A stretch of DNA of 64,000 nucleotides, taken from Amphiscolops sp. MND2022 (Eukaryota). The position numbers and the translations under genes are program-made. Position 1 is the stretch's first letter, and every line of letters starts with the position of its first letter. This document shows, piece after piece, positions 50,211 to 64,000 of this stretch. The notes under the pieces are model-generated. The model saw only the letters and a list, made by a program, of their open reading frames with translations. It ran no database searches and had not been told where the DNA came from. The DNA is taken from contig OZ076409.1 of assembly GCA_964187785.1 (NCBI GenBank), forward strand, positions 25,608,001-25,672,000, in the 5' to 3' direction.

Positions 50211-51989
50211 CCCCACCGCCAGCTTCAAGAGGTAAGAGGGGAAAAGAACAAGAACTCTCTTGTCTCTTCTCTTCATCTGTCTTCACTACCGCTGAACAGA
50301 CACAAAAAGTCCACGTACACACTTCACATCATATACCCCCCTCCCCGACCCTGCTGTATCAACATCATTCCCGGAGTGTGCGTACTCACAGACTACAAGC
50401 AGTAGTACTATCCCCCTTTCCCAGTTTGCGTATCCCAGTTAAAAAGAAGAGGCCTCAAGTATCTATCTGAGTATCTGCAGTTGAGTTGTCTGTGCAAGCA
50501 TTCGCCTGGCGTAATGTGTGTCCATGGATGTTCGGCCGCTTTTCAAATCCAGGAAGCTTTTACCTGTAAACAACACTAGATGAAAGTGACGATACAAGTC
50601 TAGTTAATTATAATATAACTTGTAACTTGTAACAAACTAAACTTCAACTTCAAACGACTGACATTCCAGATTAAAGGATACCGGTTTCCTCCAAAATTAT
50701 CCACACCTTAAAACCGGCTTGTATTTCAGATTTTAAATTATCAATAATATCACTTCGGTATTGTATTTCCTTCTTCAGTTTTTTTGCAAATATGTACAAC
50801 TTGCTGTTTTGTAAGTACTTTCTTACAAACAACTATGCGGATAAATAGATATACTAGTAGTGATTTTATTGATGAACACTACTATATGTACTATGCGCGT
50901 ATGTGTTCTATAGAACTCTGTGGAAACAAATTAGCAAAATAGATTTGTTCAAGTGGCGATCAATCGATGCGGGTTTTATTTTCTCTGGGAGAAAGTTAGT
51001 GAAGGGGAAAGATTGATTTTAGAGCATCGCGTTTATTTGGCGACCAAACGTGTTGAAAGATAAACAAAGGGAGTTCACGTGGAGAAGGGTGAAAATTGGA
51101 GGAAAAACAATTTTATCAGGCACAGCAGTTCTGCACGACATTCCCTCCGACTGAGAAGATCATTGTTGAACAATTTTCATTTCACGCTCGATGAAAAAAT
51201 ACCATGCAACTTTTAGCCGTAATTGCTAAATTGCTGAATCCATTTCGACATTCAATTGTTGCGTCATATTGCTGTGATTTAATGCAGCGATTATATGGCA
51301 ATGTACGGTTAGGTGCTTTACCGTTCCCGGGTCATTAAAAAATATGGGATTTTTGATGGGAAATTGATAATTGTGGTTGAAAGAAACAAGAAAACTGAAA
51401 GTTGATACAATTGAATTTATTAAAAGTTGGTTTATCCACGGAAGAAGTCGAAGTTTTAAAAAGATATGGCTGTGGTTCCATAACCGCAAGAACATTGTGT
51501 TTCTTGTTTCAAGAGAGGGCGGAGAGTGGGCGAAAGTCCTTCGTTGAAGATTTTAAAAATCTACATATACGCTCTGGTAATATTGTAAAAAAAAGAATTC
51601 TTCCATTTGTTTCGAGGGTCTTTCATGCGTTCATTGGTCTCTTTTTGAAATCTCTATGTACCTATGAATGTAGCGTTCTAACGCTCAAAAAGTGCAAATT
51701 TTTCAAAATATGCTCATGACGTTTTTTTATAAAAACCTCAGAAAAAAGTTTCACCCAAAGGAAGCCTTCCGTGCTGGGAAAACGCTTCAGAAGTTCGGAT
51801 ATAGCGGCTGGGACAAATGCGAGCACTTGTTTTCGAACCCCCGCCTCCTCCTCAGTGAAACGGAATATACTTCGGAAATAACGTCAAAAATTCGGATATA
51901 GCGCATTACTCCGGATATTACGTTCAAATTTCGGATAGTATTCAAAAAAATATATATTGGTGGATATGTATTGAGAAAACCTAATGTCA

Positions 51990-52742
51990 GATGAAAAATG
52001 ACAATTTTGAACAGTCTCATAGTGCAAAAAAATCTGAAAGGGTGACCCTTTGGGATTTTCAAACATCTATTATGTTCCAAAATATCAAAAAAATTGAAGG
52101 GGACCCTTTGGTACAATCAAAAAATTTTCGAAAAAAAAGTCTCATAGAGCCGAAAAAAATCGAAGTTAAAAACACCCATATAGCCAAAGTGGGGATCCTT
52201 GGTTGTTTTCAAGGTTCTGGACGTCGTATATAATTTTGGATGAGGTTCTAAGGTTTGCGGTATGTTTTGGTCAAACTGAACAAATGAACAAAAAAGTGGA
52301 CCTTACCCGAAAAAAAACTACCCACTGTAAGAGTCGGGCATATTTTCTACTAAAATGCGCCGACTAAAAAACGATTCCAAAGCAGAAAGGTCCCCCTTTC
52401 CACTTTTTTTCGACATTATGAGGCTTCCCCCTCTTTTCGGCTTTATGAGACTTTTTGAAAATTTTTCGATGTCTCAAAAGGGTTCCCCTTGAATTTTCAG
52501 ATAATTTGCTACAAAATGGATGTTAAAAAACCCCAAAGGGTACTTCCTTTCAAGTTTTTCGGCACTATGAGTCCGTTCCAATTTCTCAATTTTTATTTTA
52601 TTCGAAAATTTTTTAATGCTCCTAAGAGTCCCGCCTTCAGTTTTTCATTTTTCCAACAGAATGGCAAATTTTACAATTTCAAAAACTTTGCGCTTTTTGA
52701 GCTTTACATATAGCGCCGACTTCGGTCGTTCCCGGCTTGTTA
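51990..52742. mobile_element. Two pieces of the same DINE/HINE-like family as 21379-21860
   Basis: GTCGGGCA...GCGCCGACTAAAA at ~52333-52370 (+). AGCGCCGACTT...CTTGTT at ~52712-52741 is the reverse complement of the family's 5' end. Shared GGGACCCTTTG and AAAAAGTGGACC blocks. Confidence 0.55.
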
Positions 52743-55700
52743 TTCAATGAAACATCAACGTTGCCTGAATTTTGAAACGAGATAAACTTTAAATTTAAAC
52801 GATATCTTTTGACACCATTATGATATTGTTTATGGGTTTGCATTCCTGAGTATAAACACAGTAGCTCAATCAAAATTGCGACCTTAGCTTGCAAACGTCA
52901 GCGTGTCGACGCTTTTTTTCAGTACTATTTTTTTTCATTTTCATGCATTTTTGCAGTCAAGCTCAAAACCTCAATGCTGAGTTTGAATAGCTCGGAGTAT
53001 ACTCCAGATGAATTCTAAGTGACGTTTTTGCCAAAATTTAACCCCTAGAGAGTTTCAACAGAAGATTAAGGTATAGCTGGAAATTTCATCCGAGATTAAA
53101 ATTTTATCTGTGAGTTGGTTTGCGACAAAAATATCATTTAAAAATTAAATAATTCGAAATTTACTTACGAAAGGTTTTTTTTATTTTTGAGACATTTTGC
53201 TGAGTCTTTTTTGACTTTGTATTTATCTTTGAAACAAAAACCTCTAATAAGGTTACATGCCGAAATCTAAGTTAAAATCTAGAGGGAAATCTTCTAGACA
53301 AAAACATCCTAACCAATTGAAGTCGAAACAATATTTGCATGACTCGGCCTTCCTCATTCTGGGACGCTTCACGCACCTCCAGGTCGGCCTTCGTCAAAGC
53401 TAGTACGGGGACTAGTAGTAGCACGTTGCTCCGCTTCGCTTTGCTTATGCATTTAGGCACTACCAGTAAAGAAACGGAGCTAATCACGATTCCCTAACTT
53501 AGATTTTTAGATGGAATTTCGACAAGGATGTCTTTAACTTCGGCGGTTTCAATCTAGATTTTTAATAAAGAGATTTTAAATTAAAAGATTTTGATCTGAT
53601 GCCCTTAATGTGACATCGAGGCTTCCTTTTGCTGGCAAGTAAATTAGTTGACCCGCAAAGAACGGTACGCATATTACTTTTTCGTGAAATCCAGAAGCAA
53701 ACGTGAAAAAAAAACATCAAAATGCATCTCAAAACGGAGTGTGAGTGTGAACTGAGTCGTCAATCAAAGAGTGCAAAACGCTCGAAACGCACTGCTTGTG
53801 ATTAAAAAAGTGGGTCTTAGATGGCGATTTCTTTGTTTAAGTTCAAAGTACCTGTCAAATCGGTCTTCTGTTGTTTCCAAAACCGATGCTATTCTGAATG
53901 ATTCATCAGCGAGAAATGAAATTTTGAAACCTTGCTGATAAATGTTTACGTTTTCAAATTTGGGCAATTTTCACCTGTACCGGTTTTTCTGGTCACCTAT
54001 TACGTTTCCGAGAACTCAAAGTTTCAAGTATCAAGGTGTCAATATCAAGCATCCAATCTGGAAACTTTTTTCGAAGCAAAAGAATTTTCACTCATCAAAA
54101 GCCATCAAAACTTTTTTTGATGGTTCGAACCAACCTAGCCTTCCAAATGACTGACAGAAAAATTGATAGACTTTCAATGCTTTGTTAAAAAAGATTACAA
54201 TTCTAAAAGGCAAAATTTTGGTTCACTTGGTACTAGGTTCGGGAACTCCAAGTTTCAAATATTTGTCAACAAACGTTTCAAAGCAGCTGTCAATTACTCA
54301 ATATGGTTCAAAATTTGTGACATTCACTAATCAAACATTGAAACGAAGTGAGTGGTAAAAACGTCCAGACTTTTTCTGAAGGCTCGAACCATTCTTAGTC
54401 GACAGAAAAATGAATAATTTTAAGTGCCTTGTTTACAAATATTATGATTTTGAAAAGCAAAATTTTGTCCGTTCCATTTTTTGTTCAACTAGTAGTAGAA
54501 GCTGTAGGACTAATATTCGTAAATTCATACTCTCAGCAGAACTGCCAACGAGTCATTTAGTCTTTCACACTTCAGAGGGGCAATTTTGGAATATTTTTCT
54601 GTCTGCGTCAAAAATGGGCATGACGCTGCTAGCGTGGAATTGCAACTGCGTCGAGAATGATTCAGTTCTCGACTCGATTCAGTCGGTTAGCTCTTAAATT
54701 GGTATTGTGGCCACGAGGCAATGCGAATTTATTAAAAATTTAAAAACCAACTCATCCGGTTAGTACAGACCTTTGTTTCTGTTATAATGATTATTACCTC
54801 TAACCAACATATAAATAGTTGCCAACAATTCACACACTCCAATGTCAGCAATCAAGGCTCCAATTTCATATAGAAATTTTCGGAAAAGACCAATGTAGTT
54901 ATTTAAAATATCTCCAAAGAGAAACTCAGCGTGCAATGCAGCATAATTTGTCTTCATCTTTCAAAATTTGTTTATCATGGCAGGTTATGAAATGTAGAAT
55001 TAACAACCGACACATATGTTAATGGAAAAAGTAATCGAAAATTGTTAACTTTGCAGTAGGCTATTAAATATTTAAATATTACAACAAAAATAACTCACTT
55101 TGATCAAAGTGAATCTTATTTGATGTCCAAAATATATATTTTTCCGAAATATTGTTAATTTGGTTTTCCACACTCTTGGAAAAGTAAAATAACTTGAGTG
55201 TCCCTCAGAACAACCTCACAGTTTACAAAACATTTGACAGCTTTAAAAAAAATTTCTGCCTGTTTTGACTGTTGCATCATTTTTTTTCTGAAAACCAAGC
55301 ATAACTGAAATGATTGGATTTTCTCAATACACTAAGAAATTTGAGCAAAGCAGGTTTCATTCAAGTTTATCATTAATGAACGTATTTCGTTTCATTGGTA
55401 CCGCATTGGTTACATTTCTACAAACTGACATGTCATCATCATATGATGTCTAAGACTTCGCTGAAACTTTGAAATCTGTTATAAAATTTTGCATGAAATT
55501 TCAAATATTTTCAATCAAAACGTCTTGCTTTTTATCTTGGGAGTCGTTCTCCAACATTCCGCTAGTGCATCAAGGGAGTTATAATTAGTTTTCAAAGCGA
55601 TTAAATATTAAACAGCTCTTTATACTAATTATAGTCTGATAGGTGGAGACATTTCTGCAGGTGCTTCCGTCAGTTGAATGACCCGAAGATCATACGTCAC

Positions 55701-56767
55701 CGTTGAAGGGAAAAATTCCACCAAGTTATCACGCCCGGGATGTTCTCCTAGGTCAAACTATCACAGACTTCGAAGTTTGCATGAAAACTGATTAAATTTT
55801 CCATAGTTTATGCCAGACTATGCCGTGATCAACCTATGCCGGACTATCAACTTCAACAAGGACTTCATATTTGACGAACATCAATGCTCAACAAAAATTC
55901 ATTTGACAATTGTGAGAACGGAGGTGGTAGTTAACAAATGAAGTGCAAAAACAATTAGTTTTTTCAAGTTTTTGCTCTGATGGCTTTGTTCAGATTTTCT
56001 ATAATTTTTTCGTCTTAAATTTTATTTAGAAAGACTTGATGACGGAGTTTCTTCTCTAATTAGTTAAAGCATTCCGGAATCTTTTTGGACGAGTAAAACA
56101 AAATCTAAAATCATTCAAATTGATTTTGAATTGGTTTAAAGTGTTTACATTGATCAAAAGGAAGTTCTAAAAGAAATTTAGATGACCGTTTTTTTCTCTG
56201 AAAAAGTATTACAATGCCAAATTTTGTATGTAGCTACAAACACCGAAAAAAATGATATAACGACGACTTTGTAAAAATTTCATATAAAAAACTTTTAGGT
56301 TTGAAGAATAACTGAAGTTTTTATGGATCATTTTATGGATCAGTTTTTATGATCCTTAATTTGTGTTCTCACTATAATTATCTTGCTAACACGTTGAAAA
56401 TATGTGAAAAAACTTGGTTTAAACAGATTCGATCCTGAATAGTTGTTAATTAGCAGCATTAACTAAAAGAGGCGAAAAAACTGTTCATATAATTAACTAA
56501 TTTAGACGCTTACCTTGAAGTCAAATGCTAGCAATTCGGTAATTTACAAGATGTATAAGGATAAAGGAAAGGACTAGTGATTGCCAATTCTAACGAGATA
56601 GAAGCTGTAGAATAGAACTGTATTTTACAATGCTACATATAAACATCCAGGCTTACCATCTAAAACTTATTAAAAATTTAGAGAACTAATTAAAAATTTA
56701 AACTATCATATAAACGGAGAGACAAACTGAAGTTAGTCTTGTTCACACGTTGCCATCTCTCCATCCC

Positions 56768-56815
56768 TATACCTGCTACCTACCTACCTACCTGCCTACC
56801 TATCTACCTGCCAGC
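56768..56815. repeat. Imperfect (TACC)n microsatellite
   Basis: TACCTGCTACCTACCTACCTACCTGCCTACCTATCTACC. Confidence 0.75.
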
Positions 56816-59800
56816 CTCCCACATTCCCGCCATTTCTCTCCTCTGCCATGCAACCCTCTTTTCCTTTTCAGGGATTATAATGCTAATCATTTTATCCCTT
56901 CCTCGTTTCTCAATCCACATCTTCTGTTTTTGAGCGCAGTTTTTCCACTTTTTGTTTGGACAGTTAATGAAAACTAGTCTCCGTGAACAATAGGACCTAT
57001 TCCATAGAGACTATGTATTAGCATTTTGCAGAATATATAACAAATTATCACCATTTTTGCCTTTTTATTATTTGTATATCAAAAATGACCGCAAATGCTT
57101 AAAGCATCTTATAACTCACCAACATAAAGCTTTAAATTCTCTTATTTTGCACGCTTTCCAGTCTTTTACATGGAAAATAAGGTAGAAACGTATCGCAAAT
57201 GTTCAATGCAGTAATTAGCATATTGCTATAACTGCAGTTATCATGATGATTTCAATTTGCAATTTTTAAAACATTGACAAGTTGCTTTTCCATGCAACCT
57301 GCCAGGCTGGTCCATTCCGGGGGGATTTGAATTAATTCACACCATTTCATCTCCCCGCGTGACAACCAAGGAGACTGCCGCTTGATTGGACCTCACCCAT
57401 AGCCTCCCAAGTGTCACCTACGCGGAGGCTTTAGTCTACTGGCTACAGAGGGATCTATAAGTATATGTAGAGGATAGATGATTGAGGTGAACTATTATAC
57501 ACAGAGCCACGGGTGGGGTATGCGTATACTACAGTGATTGGATAGAGTATTCCCTCTCAAAAGATGGATAAATTGTTTATTTCGCTTGTTACAGACATTG
57601 TTCAGTTCAAGATATTTTTGCGTGATCAGACAATGATGCATAATTCAATGTGGTTTAAAACAACAATTTCAAGTATCGTTCAAGAAGCCGATATTTTTGG
57701 CTTTTCCTCTGTTTTGTTTGTTTTTAAAACAACTTTCCATCCGTCTTTTTTTGGGCCAAGCTGAATAAATAATTAACACTTTCAAAACCTTATTATTAGA
57801 AAGGCTGGTTAATTTTTATAACCAGAATGTTAATATTGTCCAAGAATACAGATATTTCTTCAGTAACTGCAGCAAAAACAGCCTCAGTTATTATAAATGT
57901 TCAGTTCTCACGCAACTGTCTTTCTTCCAAGGGTTTCATCTCGAACAGCTCAAATGTACTAACTTGATGCCTTCGGTTCATGAATCATTGACATCAAAGA
58001 AATACGTTTAGATCTATAATTGAATGAGCTGAACACTTCCAATTTACGAAAAAAAAGTCCCGCCAACCAGATAATGAAAACTACAAAACACGAAGTTCTT
58101 ACTGAGATCAAGGTTGTTGCCTTTTTTATGAGTGACTTCTCGTGTACCTGATGTTCTTCAAAAAATATCATAAACAATCTGTTCGTCTGAAATGAAAACT
58201 AAACTGAAAATATAGTTACTTATTTCGACGACTTAATTTATTTTTGCTTTGTCCCTACGAAAAAAGTCAAATGAACCAAAAATTTTGAGGTACAAATTTT
58301 CTTAGAATTTTCAACTTTAGTAAAGTAGTAACATGAATTTTTGACTATTTTCGCGAATTCTTCATATGGGAAAGTAAAGTAAATCTATCAGCTGCGTTTT
58401 TCCCTAATGAAGCCATATTCCATTATTATACTCAACAGATAGAGGTCCTTCCACAAAAGTCAACCACTAAAAATCAGCTTCCATACCAATTGTATTTGCG
58501 CAGATAAACTTTCTGTTTAAAACAAAGTGCCCAAAATGGAAAAATGTTTTTTTCTAAAAGATTAAAATGGTTCTTTTCACTTCAATTTCATTCTATGCAC
58601 TTTTTGTACGTATGTGAAAAATCGAAGTTTCTAATTGTTCGAAAATTTTGTGCATAGTTAGTGAGGTTTTGGCTGTATTAGCCATGAAAAATGTTTTTGC
58701 TAAATAAATTTAGGGCGAAAATTAATACTTTGTTCAACGATCTTCCTTTATTAGTGTCTTTGCTTAAGCAATTATTTTCCCCAGAAACGTGTTTCTTCAC
58801 TTAGTCATTGAGAACTTCAGAACCTGTTTGACCTATTTTCGGGGAGATGTAAAAATAATTAGGATTTTTTGATTCTCCAAGCATCTTCCATGATATGGCA
58901 AAAAAATCTGTCAGTATCAGTTGGTCCTTTTCTCTTCCAGTTCTGTCATAGACTAGTTTTAAGCTCCAAAGATGACTTTTCTCCCTCAGAATTCAATTAT
59001 GAGAAAACTAGGATCAACGCAATTGAATCATTACGATACATGTCCCGCAAAAGTGGAAAGTGATCACTTGGTGTAAATAGTATTTTGGGTAAAATAGTCA
59101 ATTACTGTAAATTTGTCAAAGACTGTAGTGATCAGTTAGTGTAGTGGTGCAGCAAAGTGTAATATGAAGGCAGTGAATTCCAGTCAAAATGCGTAGTTAG
59201 TAAATGGTGTAAAACAGTCAAAGTTTACAAGCTAATTTAGTAAGGTGTAAGTTAGTCAAAGTTTGATTAAATTTCACTTTTATTGAGTATTCATTTATAA
59301 AACTACCAAAAAGTGTAAATTCGTCAAAGTTTGACTAGTTTACGGCAATTTAGTAATTACTTCATTCACATCAATTTACATTGAATAGTTGCATAGTTGA
59401 ATAGTTGAATAGTTGATAATCGAGGGAATAATACAAAAAAGCCAAAACACCCCCGGACCTAATGAAAACGCGGAAACTGTTGGAACATTGATCTTTTTTC
59501 AAGTTTCTTTTCAAGTTTAGTAGAACAAGGTTCAAAAGCAAAACAACTAACTGACTAACTCAGTATTAAGAGTAAAAATCAGAAATGAATAGTTTTTGGA
59601 AGTAAAAACGGAAATTTTAAAGGAAAAGCCGAAAAATTGAACTTTTGAATATTTGGAACATCTATTTGGTATAGTTCAAACAAAAATGTCGAAGGCAGAA
59701 TGAGAAAGAAACAATTATATTTAATTGGAATAGAAAACAAAAACTTCAATTCTGGACGGGAACAGAGTTGTCAAAACTCGTCGGGACGCCTCCGGAAGAG

Positions 59801-60229
59801 AAAATATGGATAATGAAAACAAATAGTCTAATATTTGGGATTCGTCAGCGAAAATTTTTCATTATAATGGTGTGGAACTTTGATATTATTTCGATACAAA
59901 AGTTTAAAATTTTTAAAACACAGCGAAAACCTTAATGAAATTTTTCTTTAAAAATCTACCAGAAGATTGTTGCTGGAGAGATGTTCTACTATACGCAGTT
60001 GCGAAGAGACTTTGTGCCACCGGGTACAGTGAGTGTTTTGAGAAGGCATATCAAAGTCAGTTTTTCTTTTAATTGACCTTTTTGCCGTAGTTGACGAGAA
60101 AGCTGTTTTACGTTCTTTACAATGAAGAGTTCAAGGACAGTTTTTTCTTACGTTGCAAAATCTTTAGTGGACAGTCAAATTTGTTCTCCAGAAAGATTGC
60201 TCGATTATTTCTCCGTTGAGGAGATTCGA

Positions 60230-60900
60230 TTTTTTTCCAAGTTTGATTTAGTTGCGGATTCCTAAATCAAAAGAGCGTAACATATTGTATTCCCTTTGCA
60301 ATTTAGTTATTAAATTTCAGTAAACACTTTAGCAAATACATATACCAAATTCTAAAATCAGACCACAAATTATTTTGCGTTGCATGACTACATAGTTGAT
60401 ATTTTCACCGAATCTTAGGTAACAGTCAACGTAAACACCTTGATATGGCTTGCATTTTTATAGTTCAAGGTTTTGTCCAATATGCTGAGTTTTCGAGGGT
60501 GCCCTTCCAAAGGATAATCATCCACACTTGTCTTTTCTAATACTCAGCTTATTCGCATGAAATCATTCAGATATTCGATGGATTTTTTGTTGAAGTTATC
60601 TTCACGGTCCGAATGTGGTATCATCAGCGAAGATGGCTAGTTTGCAATTCTTCTCTTCTAATTTGATGCATTTATGTAGAGTTAAAACGGAAATTGATCT
60701 AAGACGGAACCCTGAGTGAGGTACACCTGTTTCAACGTTCAGACAGGCATATCTGTTCCATTGTGGGAAGCACATTGTTTTCAATCTGAGAGATTGCTAC
60801 CACTTATATCGAAGACTTTCCCCTAAAGCCGCAACTGTCAAGCTTGGATATCAGTTTTTCAAGATCATAGACTCTCATTGAAAGAGAAGCAAAGCTTTAA
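60230..60900 (-). pseudogene. Degenerate non-LTR (LINE, L2/CR1/Jockey-type) reverse transcriptase fragment
   Basis: NVETGVPH (GVPQG-like) and CKLAIFADD in ORF 60602-60784; upstream LISKLDSCGFRGK in another frame; stops and frameshifts. Boundaries approximate. Confidence 0.7.
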
Positions 60901-63654
60901 GTTGTCAAAACGTTCTCGAAAAAGATTTGCTGTGGCTTGTTTTTTCTTCAGCTTCAGACTCCAGAAGACTTTTTGTGTCATGTCCAAAGAACCCCGCTAT
61001 TTTGAGGAGCCTGGACTTGGGACGTTCTTGATTTGTTTCCCAAAAGTTTGCTGTTCTTTGTTTTGTATTTTGTCAGAAGGCACGTTTTGCTGAACACGAC
61101 GCTGACCCGAGATTAAAATAGTTTTGTTAGCTTCAAAGCCACAAAAAACATACGCTGTCGATATAAAATAAAAGTAAAACAAACTGGAACATTACTAAAA
61201 AAACTGACCAAAATATCATTTGTTTTACTGTTCCAAAATGTTTTCAGCATTGTTCAGACAAAAAATTGAACCCTAAAGTAATTTCTGTAATTCAGCATTC
61301 CAAAAACAAGCCTGGAGTGGCATATGTCGGCGCCCTGCTCGAGACTCACAAAGTGCAAATTTTTTCAAATCGTTGAGGAACTGCTTTTATTGAAGAAAGT
61401 TTCATAGTGCTGTGCTAAAAAAACGCAACTGGAGTTGAAAAAAATTACAGCGGGACAGTTTTGTGAAACAAACACTTTTCTGAAAATGTCCCGCAGTGCC
61501 GAAAATTTATTGCTCTGAATATGGAAAAAAATTGTTGAAAAATGAAAAAGACCTTTTTCATAGTCCTTTCCCCCGGAAGAAAAAATCTGGCAAAAAGTCA
61601 CTTCAGTAGCCTCGTTTTGTTTCATAAGGCGCTGGTAAAATGGTTCCAAAAAGAACAATTATGAAGAAGAGGCAATAAATAAAGTATAGCTGTTTTCTTT
61701 TTTTTTCTGAAATCCTCATATCAGAAATGGTAATTTTTGAGACACTGTCGGAGTAACAAAAACCCCACCTTCATGAAAAAATTTGGAAAAAAAAATTGTT
61801 TAAGCTGAGATTATACAATGTCTCGAGAAAACAAGAAAAGAAATATAGGTAGCTGCTCAGAATATATAGTTTCCTCAAAATGAAAAAAAAAAACATTTCG
61901 CTGAATTGTCTACTGCATGAAAGGTTGGATGCTTAAACATGAACTCATAGAAACTTCAAATTCAAATTTCAAAGTCTTCCACCTTGAGAATTTCGACTTT
62001 TTCCGGCAGCTTTTAATTTCACAAGCTTCTAAGAAAAAAAACTGATGATATTTTTTTAAAAAAACGTACATGCCGTTATTACAAGCAATGAATTGTTTTG
62101 GCTAGTGATAATTTTGCAGCAAAACATTACCCCGTCGTATTCAAAAAGAACTTTTTATAGGTTTTGCAATATTCTGCAACTGTAGGCCCATTTTTGGCCG
62201 AGATTTTCTATGTGTGAAAATCAGAAAGTCATGTTTAAAAAGTCAACAGCTGCTCTTAATGCTTACTATGATAGGTTTCAAGACATTCGGACTCATAGAG
62301 CTACATAGAATACCCTAATTGTCGACCTAGATCATGGCTCAGGTCATTGACCTTTTACCTTATTTCATCTTTTGCTGTTTGAAAACTAAAAATTCGTTTA
62401 ATTTCGGGTTGGTCTTTCAGCTGCTTTCAGTTGCTTCAACTTGTGGCCATTCATTATTAATATCAAATATGTTTCTGAAACGAAAACATAGTTCACGTTT
62501 GAAAAGTGTAGAACAAAGGGACTTTAAAAAAGACTACAAAGTACGTTTGCCCTTTCACCTGGATGAGCTGGGTACAAAAAACATTGTTTCTATTCTTGTT
62601 TTGCCATTCAACATGATCTGAGATGAAAGTTGTTACCGCAAAAATCAATGATTTTTTGATCTTTGCTGAAGCGAATAATGAAATTCAAAAGGAAAAAATG
62701 AAGCTTTAGAAATTCAACAAATTTGTTTCTAAAATCAGGAAGAACATTAACTTTAGTAAAATTCATTTTTCGAGGGCTCTAAGAATACACTTGTTTGTTA
62801 TTGAGCACGAAAAATTCTTGGTTTGAGCATCAAAATTTCAAAATCAAGTGAATCATTATATGGATACAGATAAAAATAATACACGAAACAACTTTTGTAC
62901 TTGCAAAAAAATCTTACACCAATGAAAACATTTGATAAGGGTACAAAAATTTAAAAGATAGTCACTGGAGCTAGTTTGGTAATTCCAACAAAAAATGACA
63001 CTCTGTTTTTGATAAAAAATTTAAAAATAGAATCACGGTCCAAAAAATCTCATTTCAGAAGAAGGAAGTTCGAAAGAAAGGAACAAGAGGCGCAGGGCCA
63101 CTACGATATTTTACGTACACTGTAACATCAAACCATTTCATGGGCAAGTTTTCTTTTGGGATTAAAAATGTTCTTTAACATGAAACATGAAAGTTTCAGT
63201 GAGAGTTTTAGAAAAGCATAATAAAAGTTGCTGGTAACATCAAAGTACATGCAAAAAGTTCCAGCAGTTTCAACAAGAGTTTTAGAATACAAAAACTAGA
63301 ATGACGTTCCGTATGTTTTCTTCGAAGTTTTCAGAAAACACCGCGAACGTTTTATCGGGAATCATTCGTTTTCAATCTGCGTGGCTCCATTCAAATCGGG
63401 GAATCTGATTTTTGAAAGATCTCAATATGAACAACCAGTTATTCCCAAATATCTCCTGATGACTATTTCCATTGATACAAAAACTTTTTGTAACGACACC
63501 CTTCAAGGCATTAACAGTGCTCAGATGAAGACTTCGAAACCAATTGTGGACATTGCAATTGAGAAAATTAGATGTCCCTTTAATGTTCCGCAATATTGAC
63601 AAAAGTCATATCAGAAAGCAAGTATCGCAAGGCGTCAATGAGCAAATAGAGCGA

Positions 63655-63753
63655 TATAGACGTTACACAGATTACCAGAAATTTCGTCGTCGGAAATTTT
63701 GTTGTCAGAAATTTCGTCGTCAGAATTTTCGTCGTCGGTGATTACGTTCTATA
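63655..63753. repeat. Short repeat cassette: four (A)AATTTCGTCGTC-like units between weak inverted ends
   Basis: GAAATTTCGTCGTC variants x4, flanked by TATAGACGTTACAC and GTGATTACGTTCTATA. Confidence 0.5.
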
Positions 63754-64000
63754 CAACGTCGCATTTTCTCTAATCTCTAATTATCGATAATTGTGCAATT
63801 ATTACTATCATTGACTACTTTTAGTTATGGTTTTAAGAAAAAAAGTTTCGGGCCATGTTCCTTACTCACCACCCCCTCCAAAGATACACCTTGTTTCTTA
63901 TCATCCCAACACGAAGTTGTTTCGACACTGAAAGCAAAAATTACCAGGAATGTTCGATAATTTTCTGACAAAAAAGCAAAAATTTCCCCTGGAACAAGCT

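Noticed and set aside
50042..50470. 142-aa ORF
   Set aside because: Non-ATG start, arises from CT-repeat low complexity, no domain.
52750..60200. Short ORFs as exons of a second host gene
   Set aside because: No recognisable domains or consistent exon chain; small exons cannot be excluded without RNA data.

Overview
AT-rich animal (invertebrate-like) genomic DNA with one clear host gene, an intact two-exon POU class IV gene (pou4/Brn3/unc-86 family, minus strand, 18171-19945), surrounded by mobile DNA. The left end (1 to about 7500) is the 5' part of a degenerate Ty3/Gypsy-type LTR retrotransposon. About 4.4 kb upstream of pou4 is a nested insertion. A very young Gypsy element (24359-48715; 5-bp CTAAT target-site duplication; LTRs differing at 1 of about 312 nt) has its 3' LTR split at a TA by an 18.9-kb DNA transposon (24501-43448) with perfect 23-bp terminal inverted repeats and a TA duplication. 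By my motif reading this element encodes a spliced RAG1/Transib-like DDE transposase, apparently joined to a BRCT exon. It also carries intron-containing chromatin genes: a SETD8-like SET protein (with a possible degenerate tyrosine-recombinase-like region), a KDM2/KDM7-like JmjC demethylase whose acidic linker is built from 12 tandemly amplified exon-intron units, and a Tudor/chromo-barrel-like protein. This writer/eraser/reader cargo is the main candidate for an undescribed system. The rest is MITEs, HINE/DINE-like repeats, a degenerate satellite and a LINE relic. All domain calls are by-eye motif recognition; no database searches were run.
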